From Azolla caroliniana (taxonomy: Eukaryota; Plantae; Polypodiophyta): 64,000 nt of DNA. The notes under the pieces are model-generated. The model was not told the DNA's origin, ran no database searches, and saw only the letters and a program-made list of their open reading frames with translations. The position numbers were made by a program, and so were the translations under genes. Of the stretch, positions 1 through 13,576 are shown piece by piece (the stretch's first letter is position 1; every line of letters begins with the position of its first letter). The stretch lies in contig JBHGNT010000018.1 of the NCBI GenBank assembly GCA_043228905.1, positions 12,400,001-12,464,000 on the forward strand, read 5' to 3'.

Positions 1-1229
1 TGTACCTAGCTCCTTCCCATTTAGAGAAAATGCTATTGTGATAAACCACTTCAACCTCTTTTATATTTCTTGTTTCTATCTTAATCAAAATAAACTAGTT
101 TGGGAAAAACCTCAAACCCACAACTCTTGAGAGAGTTTTTGAGATAAAGCACTTTGGCACACCTCTTTTTTTTTTCTTTTTCGTTCCTCTACTTTTTGTG
201 TGGTATTGTGTAGGTTATACACCTCCTACACAAACCATCTTCTTGAGCAGCCTCCTTGATGACACACCCTTGCGAGATCCTTGACTCGCTTTCTATGCCC
301 TCCACTACCATGGGATAGGGGCTTTTATGGGGGGGAAACCGGCCTTGCCACCTTCCTTGAGGTGGTTTGCTACCGCCTGATGTAGAAGTGGTTGAATTTT
401 TTTAATCTGCATTATAAAATTACACCTTTTGACAAATTAGAAAATCATCCTTATTTTATCATGATAACATTCTCAAACCTGGCATAATCCTTCCAGAGTT
501 TGTATCTTGGGTTTCCTGACTCTGATTCATGAACAATTGTCGTGATTTGGGGTGTGCATAGGAGAATTTAGTTGAACTTGGATTATTTAAAAGGTTGATT
601 GATAGATCAAAGGTGTCAAGAGAAACACATTTTGTGACTTTATTATTATTATTATTTAGGAAATAAAAAGCATGGTGCATGCTAAAATAAAAAAGCACAT
701 ACATTTATTTGAGAGGAAAGTCGAGTCCTTATCCTATAAAAAGGGTGAAGAGAACGCAAACAAGGGGCAGAGAAAGAGAGAGTCGTGAAAGCTCTACTAG
801 ATTGGGAGGTGAGGGTAACGAATCAAGAGGGCATGTAAAATCATCATCAACAAAAGGCAACGTGGTCATTGATCGTTGGGAATTTACTTAAGGTTTTATT
901 TGCATCTTTTTTGTGAAATTTAGGGTTTTTAGTTCATGTTTAATTTCTGAAAAATTATGATTGAGTAATAAAAAACTCCAAAATCTTGTAAATCCTACCT
1001 TGTACAGGGAATTTCTTTCGTAACCCAACGTTTTAGCTTATAAAAAGGCCCATCTACCATTCATAATCTCAAGTTTTTTAGGTTAATGACGTGTTAAACC
1101 GGGCTTAACTCATTGTTCGAATTGCTACTACCTTTGCCTCTAGGCTACCTTTTACTTTGACCTACATTTGACTTTGTAGAGCCTTTGAGTTTGATGATCT
1201 TTCGACTCTACAAAGTCTTCGAGTCTAAC

Positions 1230-1818
1230 TGTTAGCCGGTTGACTACCCAGAGTCCAAGGGTCGGAATCAGAGTCGACAATGTGAACAGTGGTCGAAAGG
1301 TCGGAGGGACAAAGACAAAAGCAAAATATGAAAAGGACAAGAATGAATATAATGAAAAATATACTTTGCCAAGTATAAAATATAGTAAGATAATTAAAAT
1401 AGTTTTGCCCATGACCTTATGTTACATGGGTCGAGCCCTTGCCATTAGACTATATATTATAATATGAAAATATTGTTTTCATTTATTATTTCACTATAAA
1501 AAATTGATGTATATTTCCAGATTTCTCTGGAACATTCAAGAAACTTTAGGAGTACTCATGAAAACACTATAAAAGGAGGCACAAGGCATTATTTTGAACC
1601 AAATCGGTTCAACGCCAGTCTTAAGCCTCATAGTTATTCTTGTACTTACTCTTCATATAATATAATATATCTTTTGTTATTTATCATCATTCTCTCTCTC
1701 TCTCCTCTCTTTCTTTCTCTCTCTCCTTCTCCCGTGAGTTCTACACCCTTTACTCTCTCAGTACTCATTCACATCTTTTAGTACTAATTCCCTCTCTCTC
1801 TTAGTACTATTCCTGACA
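1230..1818 (+). repeat. 5' LTR of element A
   Basis: Ends CCTGACA at 1818; candidate start TGTTAG at 1230 (imperfect inverted match to CTGACA); TATAAAA at 1568-1574; similar to 37161-37598. Confidence 0.7.
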
Positions 1819-1828
1819 GTTTGAACCG
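1819..1828 (+). promoter_or_regulatory. Putative self-priming (Tf1-type) primer-binding site of element A
   Basis: No TGG tRNA PBS after the LTR. TTGAACCG (1821-1828) is complementary to CGGTTCAA (1605-1612), ~30 nt downstream of the TATA box. Confidence 0.6.
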
Positions 1829-1895
1829 TTTTTTTGGTCCTCATCCTCTTACCCTTCCTTCCTTTCATACTAATCTTCTTATCCTCCCTAATAAA

Positions 1896-2974
1896 ATGGC
1901 GACTGTTAGCGCTCAGGAATACTAATATGTTTTCTCGGAGCTTCAGTGCTTAAAAGAGAAGTTTGTAGCACTAGAACAAGAAAATCACCGTCTGTTGGGG
2001 GATATTCAACAAATAGCTTTAGAATAACAACAACACGGGGAGTTTACTTTACGTGTACAACAACTTGGAGCAACTATTGTATCACTACAACAACAAGGAT
2101 CAAGCGCTCAAGGGACTCACAAAGAACCCAAGATTGGACTTCCTATGAAATTTCATGGGACCCGATCATAGTTCAGAGGTTTTCTTAATCAGGTACGCTT
2201 AGTGATTCAAATGCATCCTTCTCGATATCTCACTGATGCATCACGAGTGGGACTAGTAGGCACGCTACTTAGTGGTACGACTGGTTCGCCCCCCTATTAG
2301 AAGAAAACTCTCCCTTGTAAAATAATTTCAAAGAGTTTACTAGCGAGTTTAAAGCCTGTTTTGGAGATACCGATAGTGTTAGGACGACAACAAACAAAAT
2401 CCAAAGATTGTGCCAAGGTGAGTGGTCGGCCTCGGCTTATGCTGCAGATTTCCGTCTTCTCACCACTGATATTCCCTGGGATGACCAGGCATTAATGGAG
2501 CCATTTCATTTTGGCCTACGTAATGGTGTCAAATATTTACTCTTAACTTTCCCCGAAGAAGTCATTGACAGAAGCAATCAGTCACGCGGTGCGATGCGAT
2601 AATTGCCTCTTCAAACGACGTTCGAAATGTCAGTTCCAGATGCCTAGGACAAGATCAGAGCCCACCTATGCCTCAGTTGTAGCAAAACCTTTTCCAAGGG
2701 AGTCATATAATGTGTCTCCAGCAAATACTCCAACTCCGATGGAAATCGACACCACACGTCGTCGCAGACCATTATCAGAAGAGGAAAAGCAACGACGCCA
2801 AGCAAATCGACTATGTCTCTATTGTGGTGGACTAGGGCATATGGCGGTGAACTGTCCCCATAGGCCAAGAAGACAGGTAAACCAAATAGTCACTAGTTCT
2901 AATTGTACTAAAGCCCAGTCTATTTCAGTACGAATATCTGATAGTCCTAATAGTACTAATAGCCCAAGCCTTTC
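1896..2974 (+). pseudogene. gag: Element A gag, with stops and frameshifts
   Basis: ORF fragments LCQG..SASAYAADFR and PTPMEID..RRRPLSEEEKQRR..LCLYCGGLGHMAVNC; cut at 2974 by Copia D. Confidence 0.85.
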
Positions 2975-5900
2975 TGTAAAGAAATGAGGAGGCAAGAGTG
3001 GTTGTAATGTAGCGGAAGATGAGTGTGTGTGTGTGTGTGTGTGTCAAGATAGAGAGTGAGTGAGTGAGTGAGAGAGAGAGCTCTTACAAGAGAGATAGAT
3101 AAACTGTATCAAAAGATAAAACATCCAACTACAACTAAGTTACAATGCATTGGTTTATATACCAACTAAGCTAGGGCAAGTGCCCTTTCTATTATTTACA
3201 ACACTAGCCTTGTATGTCCATGAGCTAGTGTGAAACCTATTTCTATGGGAAGTTGAGTTCGATTCTCAACATGCCCCTTTGAACACAACTTCTGGATATC
3301 GAAAAATTGTTTCGGATCGGTCTTTGGAACACTTCGAACTTCGATTGTTCGGCTTTTTGGTTGCATACTCCTTGTTCGGCTTCGATCACTCGATCAGTTC
3401 ACTATTTTGTACTCCCCCTCAAGCTCAACAATGTAGGTGTCGTGAGACCAAGGTCCGATGAAAATTGCCCGAGTTTGTCGACTCCCAAGGCCTTCGTAAA
3501 TATATCAGCAACTTGGAGGTGTGTAGTGGTATGTTGTAGATCGATCTCTTTGGCATGTACGCACTCGCAGATGAAGTGGTACTGCACCTCGATGTGCTTA
3601 GTCCGCACGTGGAATACGGGATTCCGCGCCAGGTAGATATTGCTCATGTTGTCGCAGTAGAGACGAATTGGATCCTTGATGGGTGCGCCCAGCTCCTTTA
3701 GTACGCGTTTGAGCTAGACGGCTTCGCATGCGGCGACTGTTGCGCCCCTGTATTCAGCTTCCGTGCTTGACAGTGCGATTGTCGGCTGCTTCTTACTACT
3801 CCAGGAGATTGCTCTGCTACCAAGAGAGAAGACGAATCTGGATGTGGATCGCCTGTCCGCTTTATATCCTACCCAGTCCGCGTCTGTGTACCCTTCAAGT
3901 TGAATGATAACATTGGTCTTGTACATAACGTCGTAGTCCATTGTCGTACTGACATACCGAAGTATCCTCTTAGCGTAGTCCACATGAAGATTTCGCGGAT
4001 TCTGCATAAATTGCCTAAGTAGGCTGACCAAATAACTGAGGTCGGGTCGCGTAATGGTCAGATAGATCAAACTACCGATCAGTTGTCGATACTGAGTTGG
4101 CTCGCTCTCAACGGTTCCAGAATTGGCATCAATCTTTAGGTTGCGATCGATAGGGATAGACACAGGCTTGCACTTGGTCATTTCGAACTTGTAGAGTAAG
4201 TTAAGAATGTAGTGCCATTGAGAGATCATTATTCCGACTGGTGTCCGAATTACTTCAATAACTAGGAAGTAATGAAGTTCATGCAGGTCTTTCATTTTGA
4301 ATCTGCCAGAGAGAAATGTTTTGACTTTGTTGATCTCGACAAGATCCTTTCCTCTGATGACCAAGTCATCCATGTATAGGATGATGATGATCGGGCAATC
4401 CAACTCATTTCGGATGTACTGAGAAGTATCATATTTTGACATCAGTTTTTCGACTTGATGAAGATACTGCGTGATCTTCGAATGCCAAGCACGCGGTGCT
4501 TGTTTGAGGCCATAGAGTGGCTTCTTGAGTCGGCATACGGCGTGCGGATGTTTACGCAATTCGAATCTGGGTGGTTGTATCATGTACACCTCTTCTTCTA
4601 ACTCTCCTTGGAGGAAAGCATTTTTCACATCCATCTAGTGGAGGTGCCATCCCTTTTCTGCGGCGAGTGCAATTACTGTTCGTATAGTTGTCATCTTTGC
4701 CACCGGGGCAAAGGTTTCTTCATAGTCTATGTCATGCATTTGCGCGTAGCCTTTCGCAACGAGCCGTGCTTTGAAGCGATTTACGGATCCGTCAGCATTG
4801 TATTTTACTTTGTATATCCATCTGCAGCCAATCGCTTTCTTGTTCGGGGGGAGAGGAACAAGATCCCATGTCTCGTTTTTGCATAACGCTTCCATCTCCT
4901 CATTCATCCCGTCGATCCATCGCGGATCCTTTGCGGCTTCGAAAAGCGTTTTCGGTTCCCGTACTAACGCTACTTTCATCATAAAAGCGTAGTGATACGC
5001 CATATACTCGTCATAGCCATAATGGTTTATGGGGTTCTTTTCACGTGTGGATCGGCGTAGCTCTTGATCCATGGGGAGTATGGCTTTCTTCGCTCCATCT
5101 ATGTGGATGTCGAGATCTTCAAATTCACTGTCAAGAGAGTGAAGCATCTCAATCTCTTCCTGATCTTCATATTCCCGCATTTTCGCCTTCCCTTTGTCTA
5201 ACTTCGGACTCGGCCGAGATGTGCTTTCATTGCTCGACGGCTCTGATGGCCCACTCAGCCGTGTCGTAATTGGGCTGTCTTCTAACATCTGTGTGAGCCA
5301 ATCCTCAGCTTCTATTTGTATTTCAGTGTTATCCACGTCGAGCGGGGTTGGAGTCGAAGTGTTCTCTGGTGCATACCAGGATGCGTATTCGTCGAAGACT
5401 ACGTCTCGACTTGTTCGAACCTGACGGGTAGATGGGTTGTAGCATTTGTACCCCTTTTGTTCGAGTGAGTATCCTATGAGGATACATTTCTCCGACTTTG
5501 GGTCAAGTTTTTGCTGCGTATCGTCGAGAATATGTACGTAGGCGATAGAACCGAAAATGCGGACATGTGACAAGTCCGACTTCTTTCCGAAGAACTTCTC
5601 ATGCGGAGTTATATCGTGTACTCCCGAGGTTGTGCACCTGTTCATGAGATATACGGCCCTATTTGCCGTGTTTGCCCAATATGATTTCGCAGGTTCTTCT
5701 CGTTTATCATAGCTCATGCGACTTCTACTACATGGCGATTTTTACGCTCTGCTACGTCGTTTTGCTGAGGCGTGTGTCGACACGAGAACTCTTGTCAGAT
5801 TCCTTCTTTTCGAAGATACGCCGAAAATTCATCCGAAAAAGATTCTTTGCCTCCATCTAATCGAAGACAACGTACATGTCGTCTCGTAGTTTTTTCGACT

Positions 5901-8002
5901 TCGGCTTTGAATGTCTGGTAGTGCTTGAACACTTCACTCTTCTGCTTCATTAGATAGATCCAGATGTTCCTGGAGAAGTCGTCGATGAACATGACATAGT
6001 ATTGGCATTTGCCGAATGTTGTTGTCTAAGCTAGTCCCCACACATCTGAATGTACAACATCCAGGATTCCTTTGCTCACATTCCGCTCTTTAGAGAATGG
6101 GTGACGGTGTTGCTTTCTGAATTGACATGCTTCGCATACGCCTGTAATCTCCTTTGTCGTAAAGTTCAAGAGTCTGATTACGACTCCTTTCAATTGCATG
6201 TTTTGTAGTTTCTGGAGATTAATGTGGTCGATTCTCTTGTGCCACAATTTAAAGCCGGTTTCGACTTTCTGGCCCTTTGCGTACATGGCTGACTTTACCT
6301 CGCTCAATTCGAGGATGAACATACGGCCTTCTCGTCGGCCGTGAGCTACGACTTGATCGCCTTTCTCGATGAAGCATACGTCATTATTGAAGCATACTTG
6401 CATTCCTTGTTCGACAATTTGGCCGACTGAGACCAGGTTTTTTGTGATGGTGGGGACATGCAACGCGTTCTTGAGGTAGGTCTGTTTGCTGTCGTTTCCA
6501 AATGGGACGTTCCCGATATGCTGTATGGGGTGAGTCGTGTCATCTCCTGTTTTGACATATCCAAGACGTTCGGGCTTCCAAAATTCCCGAAACCAATCTT
6601 CATGGGACGTCATGTGATTGGATGCTCCCGAATCGACAAACAATACGTTGTTCGGAGTGGAAGCGGTAGTTGACGCAAGTGCGGACATTGAGTGCGTGTC
6701 ATGCTTCATTATGAACATTCCACCGCGGTCGCCATAGTCGGAGTTCGTGGCGTAATTTCTTAGTTGTCGGCCTTGCTCACGCTTCTTCTGACATTCCTCT
6801 TCGTAGTGGCCGGGTTTTCCACAATACCTGCACTCAACTAGGTTCCTACTGTTGCTTGGTCCGGCATGATGACTCCCCCTTCCACCGAACTCTCTGGGGC
6901 CGTTTCTGTTTGCTTGCCATTGGTGGGAGTTACGCTCATGGTTGTGTCGGCCTTGACCGAATTGACCTCTCCTTCCGTGGCTTTGTCCTCTTCCTCCATC
7001 GAAGTTCGAATATAGCATTTGTTCTTCATGCGTGTTGTTCCTTTGACGCATGTGATTCTCTTTGACTAGCAACAATGATTGGAGATCAAAAAAGGAGGGA
7101 GGATTCTCTCTCGCAAGAACGACCGATCTTATTGTGCCAAATCGCGGTGCCAAGCCACCGAGGCATATCTGCACCATTTTTTCATGGTCAATGCTAACAT
7201 TGATCGATCCAAGGGCATCGCACAACTCCTTGATCTTTAAGGTGTAGTTGCCGATTGATATGTCTCTTTGTTGAAGATTGTTCAGCTCCTATCGAAGTTG
7301 GAGCTTTCGTGTGGCCATATTGGTTGCGAAGATCTTCTTGAGTTTTTCCCACGCCTGCTTTGGCGTTTTTGCCTCTCGAATGTAGCCAAGCATATGATCA
7401 TGAACGCATGATGCAAGGCAATACAACACACGGCTTGCGACCTGCTCCCAAGCAGGATAGTCAGCGTGTGTTGGGGTGGAGTGTGATTCGTGAGCTCCTT
7501 CGATGTAGCTCCAGTAGCCTTGTCCGACAAGGTATTGATGCATCTTGTATTCCCAAGATGCAAAGTTCGTTTTGTCAAGCTTCTTGGTAGGAAGAGCGCT
7601 TCCCATTTGAGTATTCATGGTGATTTCTTCTTCGTTGATGTATCGGTTCTGTTGATCGTCGGCGTGCAACACAACACAATTGAATAGGCTTGATCAGGAA
7701 ACCACACGCACTGATACCATGTAAAGAAATGAGGAGGCAAGAGTGGTTGTAATGCAATGGAAGATGTGTGTGTGTCTCAAGATAGAGAGAGTGAGAGTGA
7801 GAGAGAGAGAGCCCTTACAACAGAGATAGATAAACTGTATCAAAAGATAAAACATCCAACTACAACTAAGTTACAATGCGTTGGTTTATATACCAACTAA
7901 GTTAGGGCAAGTGCCCATTCTATTATTTACAACACTAGCCTGATATGTCCGTGAGCTAGTGTGAAACCTATTTCTATGGGAAGTTGAGTTCAATTCTTAA
8001 CA
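2975..8002 (-). mobile_element. Element D: Ty1/Copia LTR retrotransposon, full-length but decayed
   Basis: LTRs 2975-3271 and 7720-8002 (TG..CA), TSD CTTTC (2970-2974 / 8003-8007), iMet-type PBS TGGTATCAGTGC (7708-7719, minus), short purine tract beside 3272. Confidence 0.95.
3402..7672 (-). pseudogene. Copia D gag-protease-integrase-RT-RNase H polyprotein, fragmented
   Basis: ORF pieces with [54 protein letters not shown] in Copia order. Confidence 0.95.
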
Positions 8003-8007
8003 CTTTC

Positions 8008-9459
8008 AAACAAATTTGAAATCCTTCGTCAACTAGAAGAAGAGTTAAATGATTAAGTTCAGCCAAAATAGGAGCCGTTTGGTTGGACAACCCTAGATCT
8101 GTGCAACCCATTAGTGGTTTCATTTCCTCTAAGCAAGTTAGCAATGTGTTCTTAGCAATTAGTACTAAAAGTATTCCTCTAGTACATGTATTAGCACTCT
8201 TAGATTCCAGAACCAACTCTTGCTTTATGGATAGGAATTTTGCCCAAGCTCATCACATATCCCTAAGAAAACATTCTTGCCCAGCATCCGGAAAAATCGT
8301 AGAAGAGTCAGAGCCGATTTAGGTTGTCCTAGATAACTTGGTGTGTGTAATATCATTTAATATATTAGTAGTCCAGACCATCCAATTGTCTTGGGGTTAC
8401 CATGGTTCGAATTACATACCCAGACATAGATTGGAGAACAAGAGAAATCCGGGGATCTACTCATAGGATTGCAACCATTTCGCTACGTCAATTGCGTGAG
8501 GAAGGACACAAGGAAGCAATGTTTTCTTCACAGTATCGGTAAAACCTTCCGATACCACTAAAGAGGAATCCACAATTCAACTTCCAAAGAAGTATCATCA
8601 TTATACCGATGTGTTTGATAAGGGACAAGACAATGCGCTTCCTCACCATTGATCGTATGATTGCCCCATTGATTTACAACCGGGAAAAGAGCCACCATGG
8701 GGCCCGATCTACAACTTGTCACCAACCAAGCTAGAAGTTCTTCGAGCCTATGTAGAGGAGAATTTGGCAAACGGTTTTATTCGACATTCGAAATCCCCAA
8801 CCGGCACACCCATTTTCTTTGTCCAGAAAAAGGATGGATCACTTCATCTCGTCGTAGATTACCGTGGCTTGAATAAGGTCACCATTAGGAATAGGTATGC
8901 ACTCCCCCTTATCTCAAGTCTTTTAGAATAGGTCAATGGTGTAAGATTCTTCACAAAGATTGACTTACGAGGAGCATATAACCTCATACGGATCCGACCA
9001 GGAGATGAATGGAAGACCATGTTTCGCACCAGATATGGGCATTTCGAGTATACAGTCATGCCATTTAGTCTCACTAATGCACCAGCCGTCTTCCAACATA
9101 TGGCAAATGATATATTCCGAGATCTCTTGGATGTTTGTTTGATTATCTATTTGGATGATCTACTGATTTATTCGAAGACCCAAGAAGAGCATGATTCTCA
9201 TGTACTGTTAGTACTAAAACAGCTTCGAGAATATGGTCTTTATGCAAAACTAGAAAAACATAGTTTCAAATGCAACAAGGTGGAATTTCTGGGCTATGTC
9301 ATCTCTTCGGAAGGCATCTCTATGGATCTAGCTAAGGTCAAAACTGTGATAGAGTGGCAGATCCACGTTCGTTGCAAGATGTGCAATGCTTTTTAGGCTT
9401 TGCCAATTTTTACCGCAAGTTTATACAGGATTACTCATAGCTTATTCTGTCTCTCACAA
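8008..9459 (+). pseudogene. pol: Element A pol, 5' part (protease and RT)
   Basis: LLDSRTNSCFMD protease motif; GFIRHSKSP, VVDYRGLNKVT, VMPFSLTNAPAVFQ, YLDDLLIYS. Confidence 0.9.
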
Positions 9460-12400
9460 CTATTTAACTATCTACATCTATTTAGCTATGCATAACTATT
9501 TAGCTAGTCACAACTAATTAGCTAAATATGTAAGTCACTTATATACTTAGGTCAAAAAGTAAGAGTGAGATGTAAGAGAGTAGTTGTAAGAACAGAAAAC
9601 AGAAAATATATGAGAGCAAGTTGAGCTCTACGTGTAATGGAATAGAAGCTTTTGTTTTGTTACAGAGAGGTAAGTCTCCTTCCCCTTCCTTTTCTGTCTT
9701 GAGCACTAAATGATCTAGCACATCATGATCCATTGTGCATAAAGAAGAGTCGGAGCATCTTTGTAACATGGTATTAGAGCAGCGTTGCTCGTAAAGAGGA
9801 AAAATACAGATCCGAGAAGTTTGTTTTTGTTTGCTTATCTTAATCAGAAAGTTGTCTGTGAAGTTAAGCGTAGCAAAAGACCTAATTTGAAAGAGAGAAT
9901 GGCTATTGAGAATGGAAGACAAATAGTCACAGAAAAATTGGACAAAAATAATTTCCCTACGTGGAAATTCAGAATGACAAATTTCTTGATGGGAAAAGGA
10001 TATTGGTGTTATATTGAAGGAGACCTAGAAGAGTGTTAATCCTTAGGGCCGGACAATGGCCTAACATAGGGTTTCTACGGAAGACACTTCACCAAAGGGG
10101 TGTTATGGCGAGATAACTTAAGACACAATGATTAATCAGACTTAATTGGTTACTTAGCAATATGGCATTAAATTCGATACACGCATATGATAGAACAATT
10201 AGTACAGAACGGTAATCAACACTTAAAGATAAAACAAGAAGCTCTATTAATTATCCGTCAAAGTTTTACATTATAACCGGGCCTTTATATAGGTCACCGG
10301 TGCTGAGTATAAAACGGTGCCAATCACATTTTCGAAGGCCAGTGGAGACAATTTTGGGTGCCTGCAACTGGGGATAATAATCGGAAGGCGGGACTTGGCA
10401 TTGCAATAAATGACTTTTGGTGCTCTACTTTCTTACATTACGGAGTTTTGACTTGTGGTAGAGGTCAATATGTAATTTTACAAATTGGTTTGAAAAAATG
10501 GGGTTTGTTGAATATATATGCACCGAATCATACGAAAGATAGAACGATACTTTGGAAGAGCCTAATGGCACAATTACCGGTTGTTGACCATTGGGCATTG
10601 GCAGGTGATTTTAATATGTTGGAGGATGGGTGTGATAGGTTAGGAGGCACATCACAAACAATATCCGGTTTAGAACTATATGAATGGGAACGTTTAATTT
10701 TTTCTTTAGGTTTATTGGACTTGTGGCATGTGTCTTCTTTTACAAGGATACAAGATTCCTTAGAGTATTCAAGATCAGATAAAAGACAATCACATGCAAA
10801 TTTGTCTAGGTTAGATAGATTTTATGCTGATAAGTTTTTGTGGGACAAAGGAGGTTCCATTGGAATCATACCTTCATTTTCCTTTTCTAATCATGCACCG
10901 CTTCGGTTAGTTATAGTCTTACAGGAGCAGTATAAGAACTCAAGGTTTAGAATTCCGAATCATGTGTTTCTTAGCCCACATTGTTCCCCTACGGTGCATA
11001 ATATTTGGAATAAGTATGACTACTCTTATGATTATGCATTATCTAGTGTTCACAAGGCTATTAGTGAAACACAACAATTTTTTTACAGGAAGGCTAAACA
11101 AGTATTTTATGCATCTTTGACTAAAATAGGTAGGTTGCGTAGGGGATTGAAATCCCTGCAACATTTGCAAGAGAGAAGACCACATTCGAGTTATATAAGT
11201 GCTCGAGTGGTTCAAGTAGGGAATCAAATATTGGACTTACAAAAGATTTCTGTTGATTTTAACTATCACAATACATCATCCACATGGGCAGAATCGGGAG
11301 ATAAAGTCAACAAGTTGTTCTTTGCAGTGCATAATCATCATAAGTCATCAGCTAGGATATCTAGATTAAGATGTCCTGATGGCTCTTATACCACGGATCC
11401 TAGCTAGATGCGACAAATAGCCTCTGATTATTATGAAGCTTTGTTCAAAGCTAGACCATTTTCTGAGGCTGATATGGTTAAGAGGGACATTATATGGTCT
11501 AGGGTTCAGAATAGGGTTTTTGGAAATATTTTACGTTGTCTTTTACAACCATTAAGTACTCAAGATGTTTTTAAAGCAGTAAAAGCCCTTGCAAAGGATG
11601 TTTGTCCTGGTGTGGAGGGGCTGGGAGTTCAATGGTATATCCAGTATTGGGATTTGATAGGTGATGGGCTGACTAAGGCCTATCAACAAATTTTAGATTC
11701 TGGAAATATGCCCCAAGAATGGAAGGAGGGTTTAATCTATATGATTCCTAAAACAAGTGGACAGTTAGAAGAGCTTAGCCAGTGGACACCAATTACCTTG
11801 TTGAATGTTATTTATAAGATATTAGCAAAAACGATAGCTAGACGGTTACAACCTTATCTTTCGGAGTTGATTCATGATACCCAGACAGGTTTCTTGCAAG
11901 AGCGAAGTATTTTTGATAATATTATTCTCTTTTGGGAAATGGTGACCATCGCTGAAGTGCAGAAGCAAGATCTGGCGGTGTTATTTCTTGATTTTGAAAA
12001 AGCTTACGACAGAGTGGACTGGGATTTTATGGAGGGAACACTCGTTAGGATGGTTTTTCCAAGTAATTGGATACGAGGAGTTTCAGCATTATATCGTAAT
12101 GTAAGTAGTTCTCTATTATTTGCAGGGGACATTGGTAGGTGTTTTTTTATTTCAAGATTTGTATGCCAGGGATGTCCACTTGCTCCTTTCCTGTTTTTGT
12201 TAGTATCCGAAGCATTCTCTGTACATTTAAATTCTCCATATGTAAATATTAAAGGTTTAGCACTACCAGTAGCAAACGCAAATGTGGATTGTGAATTCGC
12301 TGATGATACAGCTTTATATGTTCAGGCCTCACATGGTAATTTGTTTCATGTGCAAAAGGCCGTGGATGATTTCTCAGATGCATCGGGTGCATTGATAAAT

Positions 12401-13576
12401 TGGGATAAGTCATCAGGTTTTTGGGTCGCTTCGGGAGATCCGCCAGTTAATGTACCCTCTTTAGGATTCACATGGATACCTCAAGGTCAGTCCATTAGGT
12501 ATTTAGGTTGTTGAGGGGGTGTGGGATTAAAGTCAGAAGATATGATTGCACCCTTATTGTTAAGATTAAGAAATAAATTAGTATATTGGAATAAAGAAAA
12601 ATTATCTTTAGCAGGACGTGTAGTTGTAGCTAATGCGGTGTTGTTGTCCTCGATTTGGTATATAGCATCTACATGGCTGTTTTCTTGGTCAATAATGTTG
12701 AAAGTTCAACGTTTAGTACGGAATTTTATTTGGGGGAACAATAGGTCAGTCAATCCTGTAGCAAAGGTAGCTTGGTCTATTCTGATACAACCTAAACAAA
12801 AAGGTGGTTTAGGTTTGATTGATCCATTTATGCAAAGCAAAGCTTTACTTACTAAACATGTTGTTAGGAGTTTATTGCCAGGACAGGAGTTATGGAAAAA
12901 GCTATGGATGCAACATCTATATAAGGTCAAGCCTTCGGTAGGTGGTCAATGGAAGGATAGTCTTAGATGGTTCTTTAATGCAGATTTCCAGCTACCTAAG
13001 TCCAATGATGGATCATTGCGTTTCTTCAATGGAATTTTTCGGGCATGGGAAACTCTTCGGCAAACGCTTGTTTTCTTGCCATTGAAAAGCTATCATCAAT
13101 TTATGCGTCAACCATTGATATGGAATCCTTTGATGAAGCTGCATGTGTTTTGGGTTTACGCCCTAGGTTATCATGGGCTGCAATGGATAGTGGACCAGCT
13201 CGTACGGTTGTGGATTGGATAAGGTTTATGCAGTCCTCTACGCTGGAGCAAAGTAATAGGTTATCTAACTTAAGAGGGGCTAAGATCATGTTATCACAAT
13301 TGTCCAGGGTGTATCAGGTCACAGTGCCTACATTGCAATTCGATCATTTTCAGAGTTGGTACGGTATGTTCTCGACACTCAATATACTTATAGGAGCTCG
13401 GTTATATGATCAAAATGGTAGCATTTATTTTTATGAAGTGTTGGACAATGGTAGGTTGATACTAGTGGATGAGGAGTCTCAAATCATGTTGGCTGCGAAG
13501 CAATTGCCAGTGCGAGTAATTGCTAGATTAGATAAAAATATATATATCGATCCTAGTCCACTAATAACGGACTATG

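Noticed and set aside
1-1229. Possible LTR or 3' end of another element (G-run near 328, TATAAAA near 735)
   Set aside because: No second copy, coding motif or defined termini within the window.
1225-1235. TSD for element A
   Set aside because: Left flank CTAAC does not match right flank GTGTC (37599-37603); the 5' boundary may be wrong or A may be recombinant.
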